A DNA stretch of 63,931 nt, filler included, from Octopus bimaculoides (GCF_001194135.2; 7 parts of 7 records of this genome joined end to end with filler, not necessarily neighbours in it); one strand, 5' to 3'; shown: positions 25,530-39,373, numbered from the whole stretch's first letter. Program-made: numbers and translations. The notes: a model not told the origin generated them from the letters alone.

Positions 25530-26025
25530 ATTAATGAGATGAAAAGAAAACTGTGGTCGACAAAAGGAAATACAGAAAGGACTAATGCAAAGAATAGCCA
25601 AGATATGAATGTGTACTCTATATGTGATGGTGTACTAATGTAAGTTCAGAGGGTGGTCATTACACAGACATTACAGAAGAGAATGCTAAAGGAGCTTCAT
25701 ATGGGACACCCAGGCATCTCTAGAATGAAAGCGCTGATGCAAAGTTTAGTATACTGGCCAAGCATGGACAAGTGAGTTGAAAACCTAATAAAAGGCTGCA
25801 TAAGATGTACACTGGCAGCAAAACTACCAACTACAAAATGTGAACCTTGGCTAGAAGTGAAAATACCGTGATCCTGATTGCATATCGATTTTGCAGTCCC
25901 AATAAATGGATATTATTACTTGATAGTAGTGGACAGCTACACAAAATGGACCTGAGGTCACGAAGTGTAAATGGCCATCCTCATATACAGTAATAAACTT
26001 CTTACACGAGCTGTTCACAAGATTT
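25530..26025 (+). mobile_element. Ty3/Gypsy pol remnant: integrase HHCC zinc-binding domain and start of the catalytic core, with stops and frameshifts
   Basis: Manual translation: LQKRMLKELHMGHPGISRMKALMQSLVYWPSMDK*VENLIKGCIRC...LHIDFA...IVVDSYTKW; no LTRs seen. Confidence 0.85.
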
Positions 26026-26033
26026 GTGTGTGT

Positions 26034-26107
<74 letters not shown>

Positions 26108-26243
26108 TATACTTTAAAAAGAATAACGAGAATTGCTTTTATTATAACTGAATATAAAAACAAACATTGATACGTACATAAGCACAAGGCGGCAATCTGG
26201 CAGAATGGTTAGTACGNNNNNNNNNNNNNNNNNNNNNNNNNNN

Positions 26244-26295
<52 letters not shown>

Positions 26296-26574
26296 ACACA
26301 CACACACACATACACACACACATACACACACACACACACACACGCGCGTATGTATATATGCATGTGTTTGCCGGCTTTTATTTGTACCCATGCCATTTGA
26401 CATATGGTATTGGTTTACTTACTTAGAATCTAGCGGTTCTACAAAAGAGATCCGACAGAATAAGCACTAAGCTTTATGAACTGGGGTAGATTTGAGGTGC
26501 TAAACTCTTGAAGACTCATCATGGTCGCAGTCCAATGACTGAAAGTCATAAAAGAATATAATAAGGGTTTCAGA

Positions 26575-26930
26575 TTTCGGCATAAAACCTGCAGTTTTGG
26601 GGGAGGGGGATTAGTCGATTACATCGATCCCAGTGTTCAACTGGTACGTATTTTATCGATCCTGAAAGGTTGAAAGGCAAACTAGATCTCGGCGGAATTT
26701 GAAGTCAGAACGTAAAGGCGGATAAAATGCTGCTGCACATTTTATTCGGCGTGCTAATTATTCTGCCAGCTCTTAAGAATATAATAATTGCTTCAAATTT
26801 TGGCACAACGCCAGTAGACTTTTGTTGGAAAGGATGAAATGCAAAGTAGACTTGGGCGAAATTTGAACTCAGAACGTAAAGATGGACGAAATGCTGCCCG
26901 GCTTGCTAATCATTCTGCTTGCTCAAAAGA
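26575..26930 (-). mobile_element. Two SINE family A copies
   Basis: Reverse-complement head and central domain occur twice. Confidence 0.75.
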
Positions 26931-27319
26931 ATATAAGGATAAATGAACAATGTATCTAGGACTACGTTATCAAATGTATCATTGATTGTTTTAATGACGG
27001 CAGTGTATGTGAGCTGAAGAAGATTTTTACTGTGACCACGGCTAGTTTCGTGGAATGTCTAGGTTTATTATTCATGTCTATACTCAGCCATGCATTGCGC
27101 AATGCAACACCGTGTTTACATAGTAAGCTAGAGTTAATGAGGATCTTTGGAAACAAAATAAAAAGAGAGAAAGAGAGAGAAAAGAAAGAAAGAAAGAAAG
27201 GAGATTCAGAAAGAAATAACTGACTTTAGAAAACACTTGAAGATTTGTAAAGCATTCCATAAGAAATATTTGCTGGAACCTACTGGAAAGAAATAACAAA
27301 CTGAGTGACATAAACACAG

Positions 27320-27606
27320 ATACCTTGTACCACCACCACCACCACCACCACCACTACCACCACCACCACCACTACCACCACAACCACCNNNNNNNNNNNN
27401 NNNNNNNNNNNNNNNNNNNNNNNNNNNNNNNNNNNNNNNNNNNNNNNNNNNNNNNNNNNNNNNNNNNNNNNNNNNNNNNNNNNNNNNNNNNNNNNNNNNN
27501 NNNNNNNNNNNNNNNNNNNNNNNNNNNNNNNNNNNNNNNNNNNNNNNNNNNNNNNNNNNNNNNNNNNNNNNNNNNNNNNNNNNNNNNNNNNTACTACTAC
27601 TACTAC

Positions 27607-27648
<42 letters not shown>

Positions 27649-28185
27649 CACCACCACCACCACCACCACCACTACCAACAACAACAACAACAACCTCAAC
27701 AACAACACCACCACCACTACCAACAACAACAACAACAACCTCAACAACACCATCACCACCACCACCACCAGCAACAACAACAAACCCTCCACCAACACCA
27801 ACACCATCACCACCACCCTTACCATTAAATGAGTTACTTAGCAACAGGCTTTTAGATTTTTGTTTTGATTTCTGACTTTGGCACCAAATCAAACCAAACC
27901 AAACATTTGTTGTTGTTGCCATCGATGTTGTTGTTGTCGTTGTTGTTGTGATTCTTGTCATCGTAGTCTCGTCCTGTTGTTGTTGCTGCTGTCGTCATCG
28001 TCGTCGTCGCTGCCGTAGACATTGTTCTTGTGGTTGTTTTCGTCAACGTCGTTTTATCGTCGCTATTCGTTTACGTTGTTGTTATAATATCGTCCCTGTC
28101 ACCATCGTCGCCATCTTTGTTGTCATCGTTGTTGTTGTTGTTGCTCTTATTGTTGTTGTTGCTCTTATTGTTGTTGCCATGTAAC
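27320..28185. repeat. Mosaic of trinucleotide microsatellites (CAC, TAC, AAT, AAC, TTG, GTC) around a gap
   Basis: Directly visible. Confidence 0.9.
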
Positions 28186-28717
28186 TTCAGAACCCTTCCT
28201 TATCGAATAGTTTATCTTGTATGCAAGTTGTCGGCCAAAACAACGTGACGCTATCTACAAATCCTGTTTTCTATTTACACCGTGTCCCTGCTTAGCTAAT
28301 GACCATACTGTACGCTCCAGCATGTAGTGAAAAAACACACAAAGTACATTGTGACACTCTATGGACATATTGCACTCGCCCTGACGTCCAGTCTTTATTT
28401 GTACGTCTGTAGATTATGGTGTCGGCCACAACAGATTCGGGTGAGGTGAATTCGGTCATAGAACAAAAGCTGCTGTTCTTTTGTTGATTGTTCTGGCCCT
28501 GGTATTTTGAAGATTTTTTGTGATTTCTCTGTTGCATTGTGTGTATCAGACGAGAATAAAGGGTTGAAACCGGAGTCTAGGTGAAAGAGTCGGATTTTTC
28601 TAAATGTTTTCTTGTTTTCTTGGAATTTCCCTTTTGGGGATTGATTTTTCCGAAGTGTCTGATAATGATGTTTGCTTGGTATTGCAGTGTATGTTAGTGA
28701 AGGTTTTACTGTAACAT

Positions 28718-29880
28718 AAAGCGGCGAGATTGTAGAACCATTAGCGTGCTTGATTTATTGCTTAGCGACGCTTCTTCCAGCTCTCTACGTTCTGGGTTCA
28801 AATTCCGACGACGTCGGCTTTGCCTTTTATCTTTTCGGGTTCGATGAAATAAGTACCACTCGAGTACGGGGGTTAACATAATCGACTTACCCACCCTGTC
28901 CTCAAACTTGCTGGCCTTGTGCCAAAATTGAAACTAAAGGCGGTGAGCAGGCAGAATCGTTAGCACACCGAACGAAACGCTTAGCGGTATTTCGTTCGTC
29001 TTTACGTTCTGAGTTCAAATCCCGCCGAGGTCGACTTTGCTTTTCATCCTTTCAGAGTCGATGAAATAAGAAATGGTTTCACACTGGCGTCGATGTAATC
29101 GATATACTAACACCTCAATCCAACAAAAGAATTCTGACTTTGTGCCTGCCGCAGAATGGATTATTGTGACATAAAGCGGCGACGCGGCAGCATCGTTAGC
29201 AGGTTAGACAAATTGCTTAGCGTCATTTCTTTACGTATCTGAGTTCAAATTCCGCCGAGGTCGAATTTGCCTTTCATCTTTTCGTGGTCGATAAATTAAG
29301 TACCAGTTGCATACTAGGATCGATCTAATTGACTGGCACATCTTCCAAAATTTTGGGTCTTGTAACTAGAGCAGAAAAGAAAAAAAAAAGATATAATCGA
29401 CTTGTTAAGAAGGCGGCGAGCTGGCAGAATCGTTAGCACGCCGGGCGAAATGCTTAGCGGCATTTGGTCTGCTTTTACGTTCTGAGTTCAAATTCCGCCG
29501 ATGTAGACTTTGCCTTTCTTGCTTTAGGAGTCGATAAATTAAGTACCTGTTGTGTACTGAGGGCAATCTAATCGACTGGTCCCCTCCCCAAAGATTTTGG
29601 ACCTTGTGCCTAGAGTAGAAAAAGAATCGTTAGCACGCCGGGCGAAATGCTTAGCGGCATTTCGTCTGTCGCTACGTTTTTTAGTTCAAATTCCACCGAG
29701 GTTGACTTTGCCTTTCATCCTTTCGGGTGTCGATAAAATAAGTACCAGTTGAGCACTGAAGTCGATGTAATCGACTGACCCCCAACCCCTCAAATTTCAG
29801 GCCTTGTGCCTATAGTAGAAAGGATATAATCGACATGCTTTTTCTGGCCTTGAGCCAAAACGAGAATCAGTTATTATTGT
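28718..29880 (+). mobile_element. Pile of five SINE family A copies plus an orphan tail
   Basis: Heads at about 28718, 28937, 29172, 29410 and 29624 (5'-clipped); several tail variants. Confidence 0.9.
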
Positions 29881-30027
29881 GACGTAATGACAACAGGTTG
29901 TGATGTGACCAGTGCTGACTTCTGATTATTCTATATCAGGTGTTACTGTTAAATTTTGCAGTTTACGTTGGAGAAGTAACATACCCGAAACTTTCAGCGC
30001 TTGATCCACTCAGTAACTTTCTGCCTA

Positions 30028-30483
30028 TTATCTTTTATCTTTTACTTGTTTCAGTCATTAGACTGTGGCCATGCTGGGGCAACGCCTTGAACCATTTGCT
30101 CTAACCGAATGAATCGACCCTAGTACAATTTTTTTTTTTTATTAAGCCTGCTACTTATTCTAGCGGAGTCTTCTGCCGAGTTGCTAAGTTACGGGAACGT
30201 AAACACACCAACACCGGTTGTCAATACACATACACTCACACAGACACATACATACATGCACACACACACATACACACACAGACACACACACACACACATA
30301 TATGTCATAGCAGTGATAATCCAATTTATTACAGTAATATATTCCTTCTCTCAAATTCACTGATAAGGCATTGGTCGGCCTGGGGCAATAGTAAAAATTA
30401 TATAGCCAAGGCGCCGCGGAGTGGGATCGAACTCAAAATCAAGTGGTTGCAGAGCGAGCTTTTTAACCACGCAGCAATACCTT
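30028..30483 (-). mobile_element. SINE family B, near full length, with internal (CA)n
   Basis: 3' end ttttacttgtttcagtcatt at the left; tRNA head (gtgggatcgaactc...ttaaccacgcagc) at the right. Confidence 0.8.
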
Positions 30484-30759
30484 CAAATGAGCTTATTTCC
30501 GTTGTGTGTGGTTTTGGGGTAATGCGTTCGTAATTGTCCCTGGTATTTATGTGGTTAACTATGTTCTGGTGTGTTCTTTATTTGTATGCTTTACATTGAG
30601 TTGTAGGTTGTGTAGTTTTCAGCTGCAGATGCGCATAGAATCATTATGTTGTTGAACGTATGTACAGTAGTGGCTTAAAAACTTGTGTGCTTGTTAAATT
30701 CTATAAATTCTTAAAACCGTGGTTCTGTTTCTTGCTCTTACTTGTTCCAGTGTTTTCCT

Positions 30760-30877
30760 TTCTCTCTCTCCTTCTTTCCTTCATTCTTTTCTTTTCTTTA
30801 ATTTTCTTTCTTCTTTTGTCATTTTTTCTTCTACCTTCTTTTCTTTCTTTTGTTTTCGTTTTCACACTTTCTTTCTC

Positions 30878-30917
<40 letters not shown>

Positions 30918-31089
30918 TTTCTCTCTCTCTTTCTCTCTTTCTTTCACACTTTCTCTCTCTCTCTTTCTTTCTTTCACACTTTCCTTCTTTCCTTTCTTTT
31001 CTTCTTCCTTCCTTTTCTTCTTTCTTTCCTTCTTTTCTTCTTCCTTAATTCATTTCTTCCTGTCATTCCTTCTCTTTTTCTTTCTACTC

Positions 31090-31148
<59 letters not shown>

Positions 31149-31190
31149 TCATTCATTCTTCCTTCCTTCCTTCCTTTCTCGTCTTCTTTA
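30760..31190 (+). repeat. Pyrimidine tract of about 430 bp, (TTTC)n/(TC)n
   Basis: Directly visible. Confidence 0.9.
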
Positions 31191-31781
31191 AAGTAAACCT
31201 AACATTTATTGACGATGAGCATAGGAGATTTGGATCAACATCCGTATATAACAGGATTTTATTTTATCCTCAATAGCCTCAGCGGGATTTGAACTCACTC
31301 TGGAGACAAGTGAAAATAAACACTACAGAATATTCAGTCCACCGTACACACACACACACACATACACACACACAAACGCGTGAGCACGCGTATTCAAAAA
31401 CAACTTACGTACTCATTGTTTAGAAAACAATGTCATCATTTCTGAAGAAATTGTATTGTCATTTTGTGAAAACAAAAACGTCCCTCAAAGGGAGATAACT
31501 AGTGTAGACATTTTCAGAATACCATCACATAAATGATTGGTTTGTCCTTTCTGTTAAAAGGGAGAATGTTCGTGTATGCGTAAATGTATGCGTATGTGTG
31601 TGCGTGCGCGAGTGTATATGTGTATGTGTATATAGTTATATTAGACATAGAAGTGGTTATCGAATTGAATGTATGTGCGAACTAACAGAATCATGCAACT
31701 ATACAGACACACATACACGCACACGCACACACACGCACACACACGCACACACACGCACATTTACGTGCACAGAGACAACCG

Positions 31782-31813
<32 letters not shown>

Positions 31814-33076
31814 NNNNNNNNNNNNNNNNNNNNNNNNNNNNNNNNNNNNNNNNNNNNNNNNNNNNNNNNNNNNNNNNNNNNNNNNNNNNNNNNNNNNNNN
31901 NNNNNNNNNNNNNNNNNNNNNNNNNNNNNNNNNNNNNNNNNNNNNNNNNNNNNNNNNNNNNNNNNNNNNNNNNNNNNNNNNNNNNNNNNNNNNNNNNNNN
32001 NNNNNNNNNNNNNNNNNNNNNNNNNNNNNNNNNNNNNNNNNNNNNNNNNNNNNNNNNNNNNNNNNNNNNNNNNNNNNNNNNNNNNNNNNNNNNNNNNNNN
32101 NNNNNNNNNNNNNNNNNNNNNNNNNNNNNNNNNNNNNNNNNNNNNNNNNNNNNNNNNNNNNNNNNNNNNNNNNNNNNNNNNNNNNNNNNNNNNNNNNNNN
32201 NNNNNNNNNNNNNNNNNNNNNNNNNNNNNNNNNNNNNNNNNNNNNNNNNNNNNNNNNNNNNNNNNNNNNNNNNNNNNNNNNNNNNNNNNNNNNNNNNNNN
32301 NNNNNNNNNNNNNNNNNNNNNNNNNNNNNNNNNNNNNNNNNNNNNNNNNNNNNNNNNNNNNNNNNNNNNNNNNNNTATATATATATATATATATATATGG
32401 GAGCCTATACATTTATCTGTGTCAGTGTATGAGAAGTCAGATAAACGCTTGTATATGTGTGTGCCTCACCGTTTCCTCCATACTGTTCTGACATCTTGAC
32501 GTCTGTACTTTCGTGGCTTTAGTAATTTATTCTTCATGCAAGCTGATCCAATATATTTCTACCATTAACTAACTGTTTTTCTTGTATTTTATATGCACTG
32601 TACAGGTTTTTTTTTATGTAACTATTACTTCAAAATCCTCCCCGTTCTTTCTTCGTCACTACATGTGTATGTATGCATGTAGAAAGTGTGTGAGTATGCA
32701 TGCCAGTAACTATGTGTGCATACACATATCTATGTGTACATGTAAGTATTTATGTATGCGTGTGTGTGTATGTATGTGTGTGTGTATATATTTATGTATG
32801 TAGGCGTACGTGTATATATATATGTGTGTATATACGTATGCATGGGTGTAGACGCGTGATTCACAGTTACATGCAAAATGATGGGAGGAGGAAGAGGGAA
32901 ACATGGGGGCGAAAGGGAAAAAGGGAAATGACGATTGTACATGTACGTGTGTATATGTGCTTGCGCTTTATGCACATGCATACACATCACTAAACACTAT
33001 ACATATTTGTGTATACAGTTACATACCTACAAACATGTATAGATACATCTAAATACTGATGGTTCTCTTTGTACAT

Positions 33077-33120
<44 letters not shown>

Positions 33121-34811
33121 CTATCTATACATGTATAAGTATATTTATATGGATATATAATATGCATACGTATATATGTATGCAGCCAAATTGAATTTAA
33201 GCACATACACACATATATGCTTATAAATATATATGCATATATATATGTATATATATATACGTGTGTGTATATATATGCGTGTATATATTTATATGTTTNN
33301 NNNNNNNNNNNNNNNNNNNNNNNNNNNNNNNNNNNNNNNNNNNNNNNNNNNNNNNNNNNNNNNNNNNNNNNNNNNNNNNNNNNNNNNNNNNNNNNNNNNN
33401 NNNNNNNNNNNNNNNNNNNNNNNNNNNNNNNNNNNNNNNNNNNNNNNNNNNNNNNNNNNNNNNNNNNNNNNNNNNNNNNNNNNNNNNNNNNNNNNNNNNN
33501 NNNNNNNNNNNNNNNNNNNNNNNNNNNNNNNNNNNNNNNNNNNNNNNNNNNNNNNNNNNNNNNNNNNNNNNNNNNNNNNNNNNNNNNNNNNNNNNNNNNN
33601 NNNNNNNNNNNNNNNNNNNNNNNNNNNNNNNNNNNNNNNNNNNNNNNNNNNNNNNNNNNNNNNNNNNNNNNNNNNNNNNNNNNNNNNNNNNNNNNNNNNN
33701 NNNNNNNNNNNNNNNNNNNNNNNNNNNNNNNNNNNNNNNNNNNNNNNNNNNNNNNNNNNNNNNNNNNNNNNNNNNNNNNNNNNNNNNNNNNNNNNNNNNN
33801 NNNNNNNNNNNNNNNNNNNTATATATGCGTGTGTGTGTGTGTATACATGCACATACACACACATACATGTATATGCGGGCGCATGCAGACACACACACAC
33901 ACACACACATGCATATATGTTTTCATGTATGTAGATAAGTTGCACGTACATTTCTAATCGTGTTCTATGTCATTTGGTGATGGTTTGACCCTCTATTGAC
34001 AAACCGAGATAACTTGCTCGGCCTTTTCGCTTCATGAGTCAGTGAATCTTTCGATAAGCCAGATATTTCTTCTTCTTCTTCTTCTTCTTCTTCTTCTTCT
34101 TCTTCTTCTTCTTTCTCTCTCCAACTTCTGAACTAAGTAAAACACACACACACACACACAGACACACACACACAAACTCACAGCTAGACACATGGGCAAA
34201 ACACGCACACTTACTCATAGGCCTATGTGCGCCTCCATATATGCACCTCCATATACACACATGTACGCTGTTGTGGCACATACGTTTGTAGCGAACACAA
34301 GAACTAAATGTCAAGCTTAATAAAGGATTTGTTTCTTTATTTCCATCTCTTACTAAAGGATTAAAGCTACATTGCTCACTATGAATTTCCATTGTTTTCT
34401 CTTTGGCAATGTGTGCAAGCTGAATGTTTCTGCTAACATACAGTTGCACGTCCGCGCACACGCACACGCCACGCCACACGCTCATGCACACACACAGTTA
34501 TACGTATATACGTATATAAATTATGTGTGCTTTTACGCATACGGGTATAACATAAGTATATATATATATATATATGTATGTGTGTATCTACGTCCTCAAG
34601 TTCATATTCCTTCATATGTACACACACGCAGAACAAGAATTTATCAACTACACTGATATCTTAAGATAATATCACCATCTTTTTTTTTTTGTCTTTCCTT
34701 AGATGTTACACAGGTTTTGTTAATACTCACGTGTCATACTGGCTTTGTTGATCTCACCCTCATTTGCAGTTTCAATTACATTACGAACAACAGACCTCCT
34801 GCTGCTGCTGT

Positions 34812-34892
<81 letters not shown>

Positions 34893-34904
34893 CAATAATA
34901 ATAA

Positions 34905-35123
34905 TAATAATCCTTTCCACTACAGGCACAAGGCCTGACGTTTGGTGGGAGGGGGCCAGTCGATGAGATTGACCCAGTTCTCAACTGGTACTTAATTTAT
35001 CGACCCCGGAAGGATGAAAGGCAAAGTGGACCTCGGCGGAATTTGACATCGGAAGGTAAAGACAGACGAAATACCGCTAAGCATTTCGCCCGGCGGGCTA
35101 ACGATACTGCCAGCTCGCCGCCT

Positions 35124-35169
<46 letters not shown>

Positions 35170-35170
35170 G

Positions 35171-35203
<33 letters not shown>

Positions 35204-35370
35204 ATAATAATAATAATAGTAATCCTTTCTATTGTAGGCACAAGGCCTGACATTTTAAGGGAGACGCTAAATCGATTACATCGATCTCAGTACTCAACTG
35301 GTACTTAATTTATCGAGCCCGAAAGGATGAAAGGCAAAGTGGACCTCGGCAGAATTTGAACTCAGAACTT
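34905..35370 (-). mobile_element. Two SINE family A copies embedded in (ACT)n/(AAT)n
   Basis: Copies at about 34910-35123 and 35222-35370. Confidence 0.85.
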
Positions 35371-35492
35371 GTGCTCAAGGTACACCTGTTCGTGGAGTGC
35401 TCAGCCACTTGCACGTTAATTTCACGAGCAGGCTGTTCAGTTGATCGGATCAACTGGAACCCTCAACGTCGTAAGCGACGGAGTGCCAACAA
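35370..35492 (+). mobile_element. SINE family C 3' end
   Basis: Reverse complement of 38200-38330. Confidence 0.75.
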
Positions 35493-36023
35493 CATATTTC
35501 TTTCCCCAAACTTGACAACAATTATAGTTCAGGGTCTAGGCGTGGCTGTGATGTTAAGAGTTCCCTTCGCAAACATAAGGCTTCGCGTTCGGTTTCAATG
35601 TATGGTATCTTGCACAGAAGTTTTCTACCAGAGAAAAGGGACACAGAAACAAGCAAAACGAACAGCATCTCAAGCAAACAAGCTTCTCCTTTTCTTTAAT
35701 GACTGGCGAACTGAAGCTGTTCTCAGTTGATTAAAACTATCTGCTCAAAAGGAAAAAAATTGGGTGTTACTGGAAGAAACCCCAACAAAACTATAGATAG
35801 CCTAGAGGAGGAGATAGTTTTAATTAACCAAGCATTTATGTTGCATGGTATTTGATATAATTGTAATTGCCTATGATGCTCACATACATGCCACTGGCTA
35901 TTGTGAATTGTTTCTCTTAATCCATTTTTGTTTAATTTATACAAATTATTCAGGCTATATATGCGTTCTATTATTGTACATATGTCTATGTCTCTTGGCT
36001 GCAAGAGATAGGTTAAAACAGCT

Positions 36024-36070
36024 GCTGTGCTGATGACACCTTTTTGAGGCAGAAACACGTGTCTACTATT
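36024..36070 (+). ncRNA. Degenerate type I hammerhead ribozyme motif
   Basis: CTGATGA at 36030-36036; weak stem II (cct...agg); GAAAC-ACGT-GTC at 36052-36063; poor stem I. Confidence 0.5.
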
Positions 36071-36682
36071 ATTTCCCCATCTCAGGAAGCTGTTCTCACT
36101 TGCTAATTAGTAATTGTGACATATGTTATAAAGGTGGATGTAGTTTTAATAAATCAATACTTTATGTCGTTTTGCATTTGATATACCATACATCAACTAG
36201 TGTTGATTCGCTTATATTTTCGTAACCTAGTAGTTCGGCAAAAAGAGAACGATAGAATATGCACAGTCATTAAGATAAGAACTGGGGGTGGAACTTGATT
36301 GATTAAAATAATTCAAAGCGGTGCCCCGACGAGACGCGCAATCCAAAGACTGAAACAAATAAAACAATAAACCCACATACAGTAGAAATCGCTTTTTCTA
36401 ATCAAGGATAATGTTATCGATTAGTTATTGCTTCCAAAATTAGTGTGCTCTAAAGTCAGTTATAATTATCGAAAATGCTTTGATCCAAAAGTAACCGCGA
36501 TAAGCGTCTACCGCTGTACACATTCACCCCCCCCCCAACACACAATCGTGAGACACATACACACGTATACTCACACGCATACCCATATATACATATATAC
36601 AAACATATCTATCTATCTGTCTATCTATCTATATATATATGTATATGCACACACATATATATACACACATATATATACACAC

Positions 36683-36727
<45 letters not shown>

Positions 36728-37544
36728 NNNNNNNNNNNNNNNNNNNNNNNNNNNNNNNNNNNNNNNNNNNNNNATATATATACTTACTTATGTATGTGTG
36801 TATGTGTGCGTGTGTGTAAGTGTGTGTGTGTGTGTGATTTGTCAAGATGCTTAAATAATGAGATAATAGTAATAAGTGTTTCCAATAAAGACAGTTCTCT
36901 GGAGATCTTGATTGCTTGATAGTAAATATCACTTCTCACTTTTTACCACCAAAAGACCCAACCTTCTAATATTGTGCCAAGAAAGGAAGGTGGATAAGAT
37001 GGGAAAGCTAACAGTTATCTGGCAAGGGAACTTCGAAGACGCTTAGAAAATACAGTGAGATGGTAAACACTATGGAAGCAATAGCTGTAATGCAGCAAGC
37101 CTATGTTTTTAGAGAATTTGTTGGAACCAGCGTTTGCTCGATACGCAAGGATCTTAGACTAACTGCGAAGGAGTCAAAATATGTTCTGAAAACTTTCGGA
37201 AGCCGCTGAGAAAGCAAGCTATTACAAGAAGGAGGACGTGTGGTGTAGCAAGAATGAGCGATAAGGATGGTAGAAACATCTGACTCGGTGCCACAACATC
37301 TGACTCAACAAAGCTTGTGCTATTGTGGGAGAGTTTTGCCACCTTTATCAGAGATGGCCGGAGTTGGCCCTGGCTTCGTCTGATGTTGTGGTGGAAGGAG
37401 CGGAAACTGTTACTGATGAGACATTGAATCCTGCATTCGGAGACAGAACATAGCAGCAGCATCAGCACGCTACAAGTATTTACTCTAAAAAGCAAACTAT
37501 AAATTTAGGGTAGAAAGGAAATAATCGATTAAGTTGACCCCCGC

Positions 37545-37697
37545 ACTTGACTGTAGAGTTCAAATTCTGCTGAGGTTGACTTTGCCTTTCATCCTTTTGG
37601 AGTTGATAAATTAAGTACCATTTGCGAACTGGGGTCGATCTAATCGATTGGTTCCATCCCCCAAAATTTCGGGCCTTGTGCCTAGAGTATAAAAGAA
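37545..37697 (+). mobile_element. SINE family A 3' portion
   Basis: B-box through tail agagtataaaagaat. Confidence 0.75.
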
Positions 37698-38199
37698 TAT
37701 TAAACCTTTTAAGTAAGCAAATAATGTATATTTGATGATATTCAGTAATGATTTCTGTACTATAATGTATTATAAAGCTCTCACAACATTGGCATTCTAA
37801 CATCAGAATAAAAAAATTTAAAAAAAAGACATACAGAGAATTTCACATATAAAATGATTGTGTCTTGTTGCCAAAGACGTAATTGTCTCAAGATATGTTT
37901 AGGAAGGAAACTGGAGACAGTCCAGCAATTAAATTTACAATGTTTCTAAATTGTCGTCGAATTATTCGAAGCGGGTACAAACTCTTTATCTAATTGATTC
38001 GTTATCGATGTTGTTTAAACTCCATGTCAGCCTAGATAGAACATACCTCAAGCATTACCGTTCTATACAAAACCCAACATATTCATTTCTTAGACAATAG
38101 GAAGAAATCTGAGGGAGATTTGGTTGCTATTTCTAGACAGTCAAACAGCAACCCTGCTGATGGTCCCTTCGTTGATTCGCAACTCGTTTGTTGATGGAA

Positions 38200-38593
38200 T
38201 CAATGTGTGTGTGTTGGCACTCTGTCGCTTACGACGTCGAGGGTTCCAGTTGATCCGATCAACGGAACAGCCTGCTCGTGAAATTAACGTGCAAGTGGCT
38301 GAGCACTCCACAGACACGTGTACCCTTAACGTAGTTCTCGGGGATATTCAGCGTGACACAGTGTGACAAGGCTGACCCTTTGAATTACAGGCACAACAGA
38401 AACAGGGAGTAAGAGTGAGAGAAATTTGTGGTGGAAGAGTACAGCAGGGTTTGCCACCATCCCCTGCCGGAGCCTCGTAGAGCTTTAGGTGTTCACGCTC
38501 AATAAACACTCACAACGCCCGGTCTGGGAATCGAAACCGCGATCCCATGACTGCGAGTCCGCTGCCCTAACCACTGGGCCATTGCACTTCCAC
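38200..38593 (-). mobile_element. SINE family C, full length, with tRNA-like head (Arg-TCG-like loop)
   Basis: Minus strand TGGCCCAGTGG (A box)...GGACTCGCAGTC...GGTTTCGATTCC (B box), then a body of about 330 bp shared with other copies. Confidence 0.8.
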
Positions 38594-39091
38594 GATGGAA
38601 TCAATATGAGTAAGAATAAGGTAACGCTATGAAAATATTTACGTGGCCAACATTTCTGTTCTCACGTCGGTAATCTTCACTTCGACGGCGGCTAATTATG
38701 CCTCATCTCTATTAATGTCTTTCTTAGATTTATTTTGGCCTTCAGATACTATCTGGCTGTTAGTTGGCTGACAATATTTAAACTCTCTTTTATATTGTTC
38801 CAGCTCTAATTTTGTAAGTTGATAATAATTGAATTATTTTATATTACATTCAGTTTTACATCATAAGCAGACACTAATTAGTGTATTTAACTAATATTTT
38901 AGCTGAAAATAATCTATAATCAAGAACAGTCCTCTCCCTATTGTGAATAATTGGTATCATGTGACAAAAGTTAAATCGGTAGATCTAAAGAATCATAGAT
39001 GTTTTCTCTGATCTTAACTTGATATATTCTTTTAGAATTTCACACTACACTGACACAAAATGTAAGCAACCAACGCAAAGATGAACCATTA

Positions 39092-39141
<50 letters not shown>

Positions 39142-39316
39142 ATTATCATCATTATCATTATTATAGAAAATGATGCACAATATCCAATAAGTACAACTTG
39201 AGCACTGGGTTGATGTAATCGACANNNNNNNNNNNNNNNNNNNNNNNNNNNNNNNNNNNNNNNNNNNNNNNNNNNNNNNNNNNNNNNNNNNNNNNNNNNN
39301 NNNNNNNNNNNNNNNN

Positions 39317-39373
<57 letters not shown>

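Noticed and set aside
38520-38593. SINE heads as genuine tRNA genes
   Set aside because: They have A/B boxes but imperfect cloverleafs, no poly-T terminator, and continue into shared repeat bodies.
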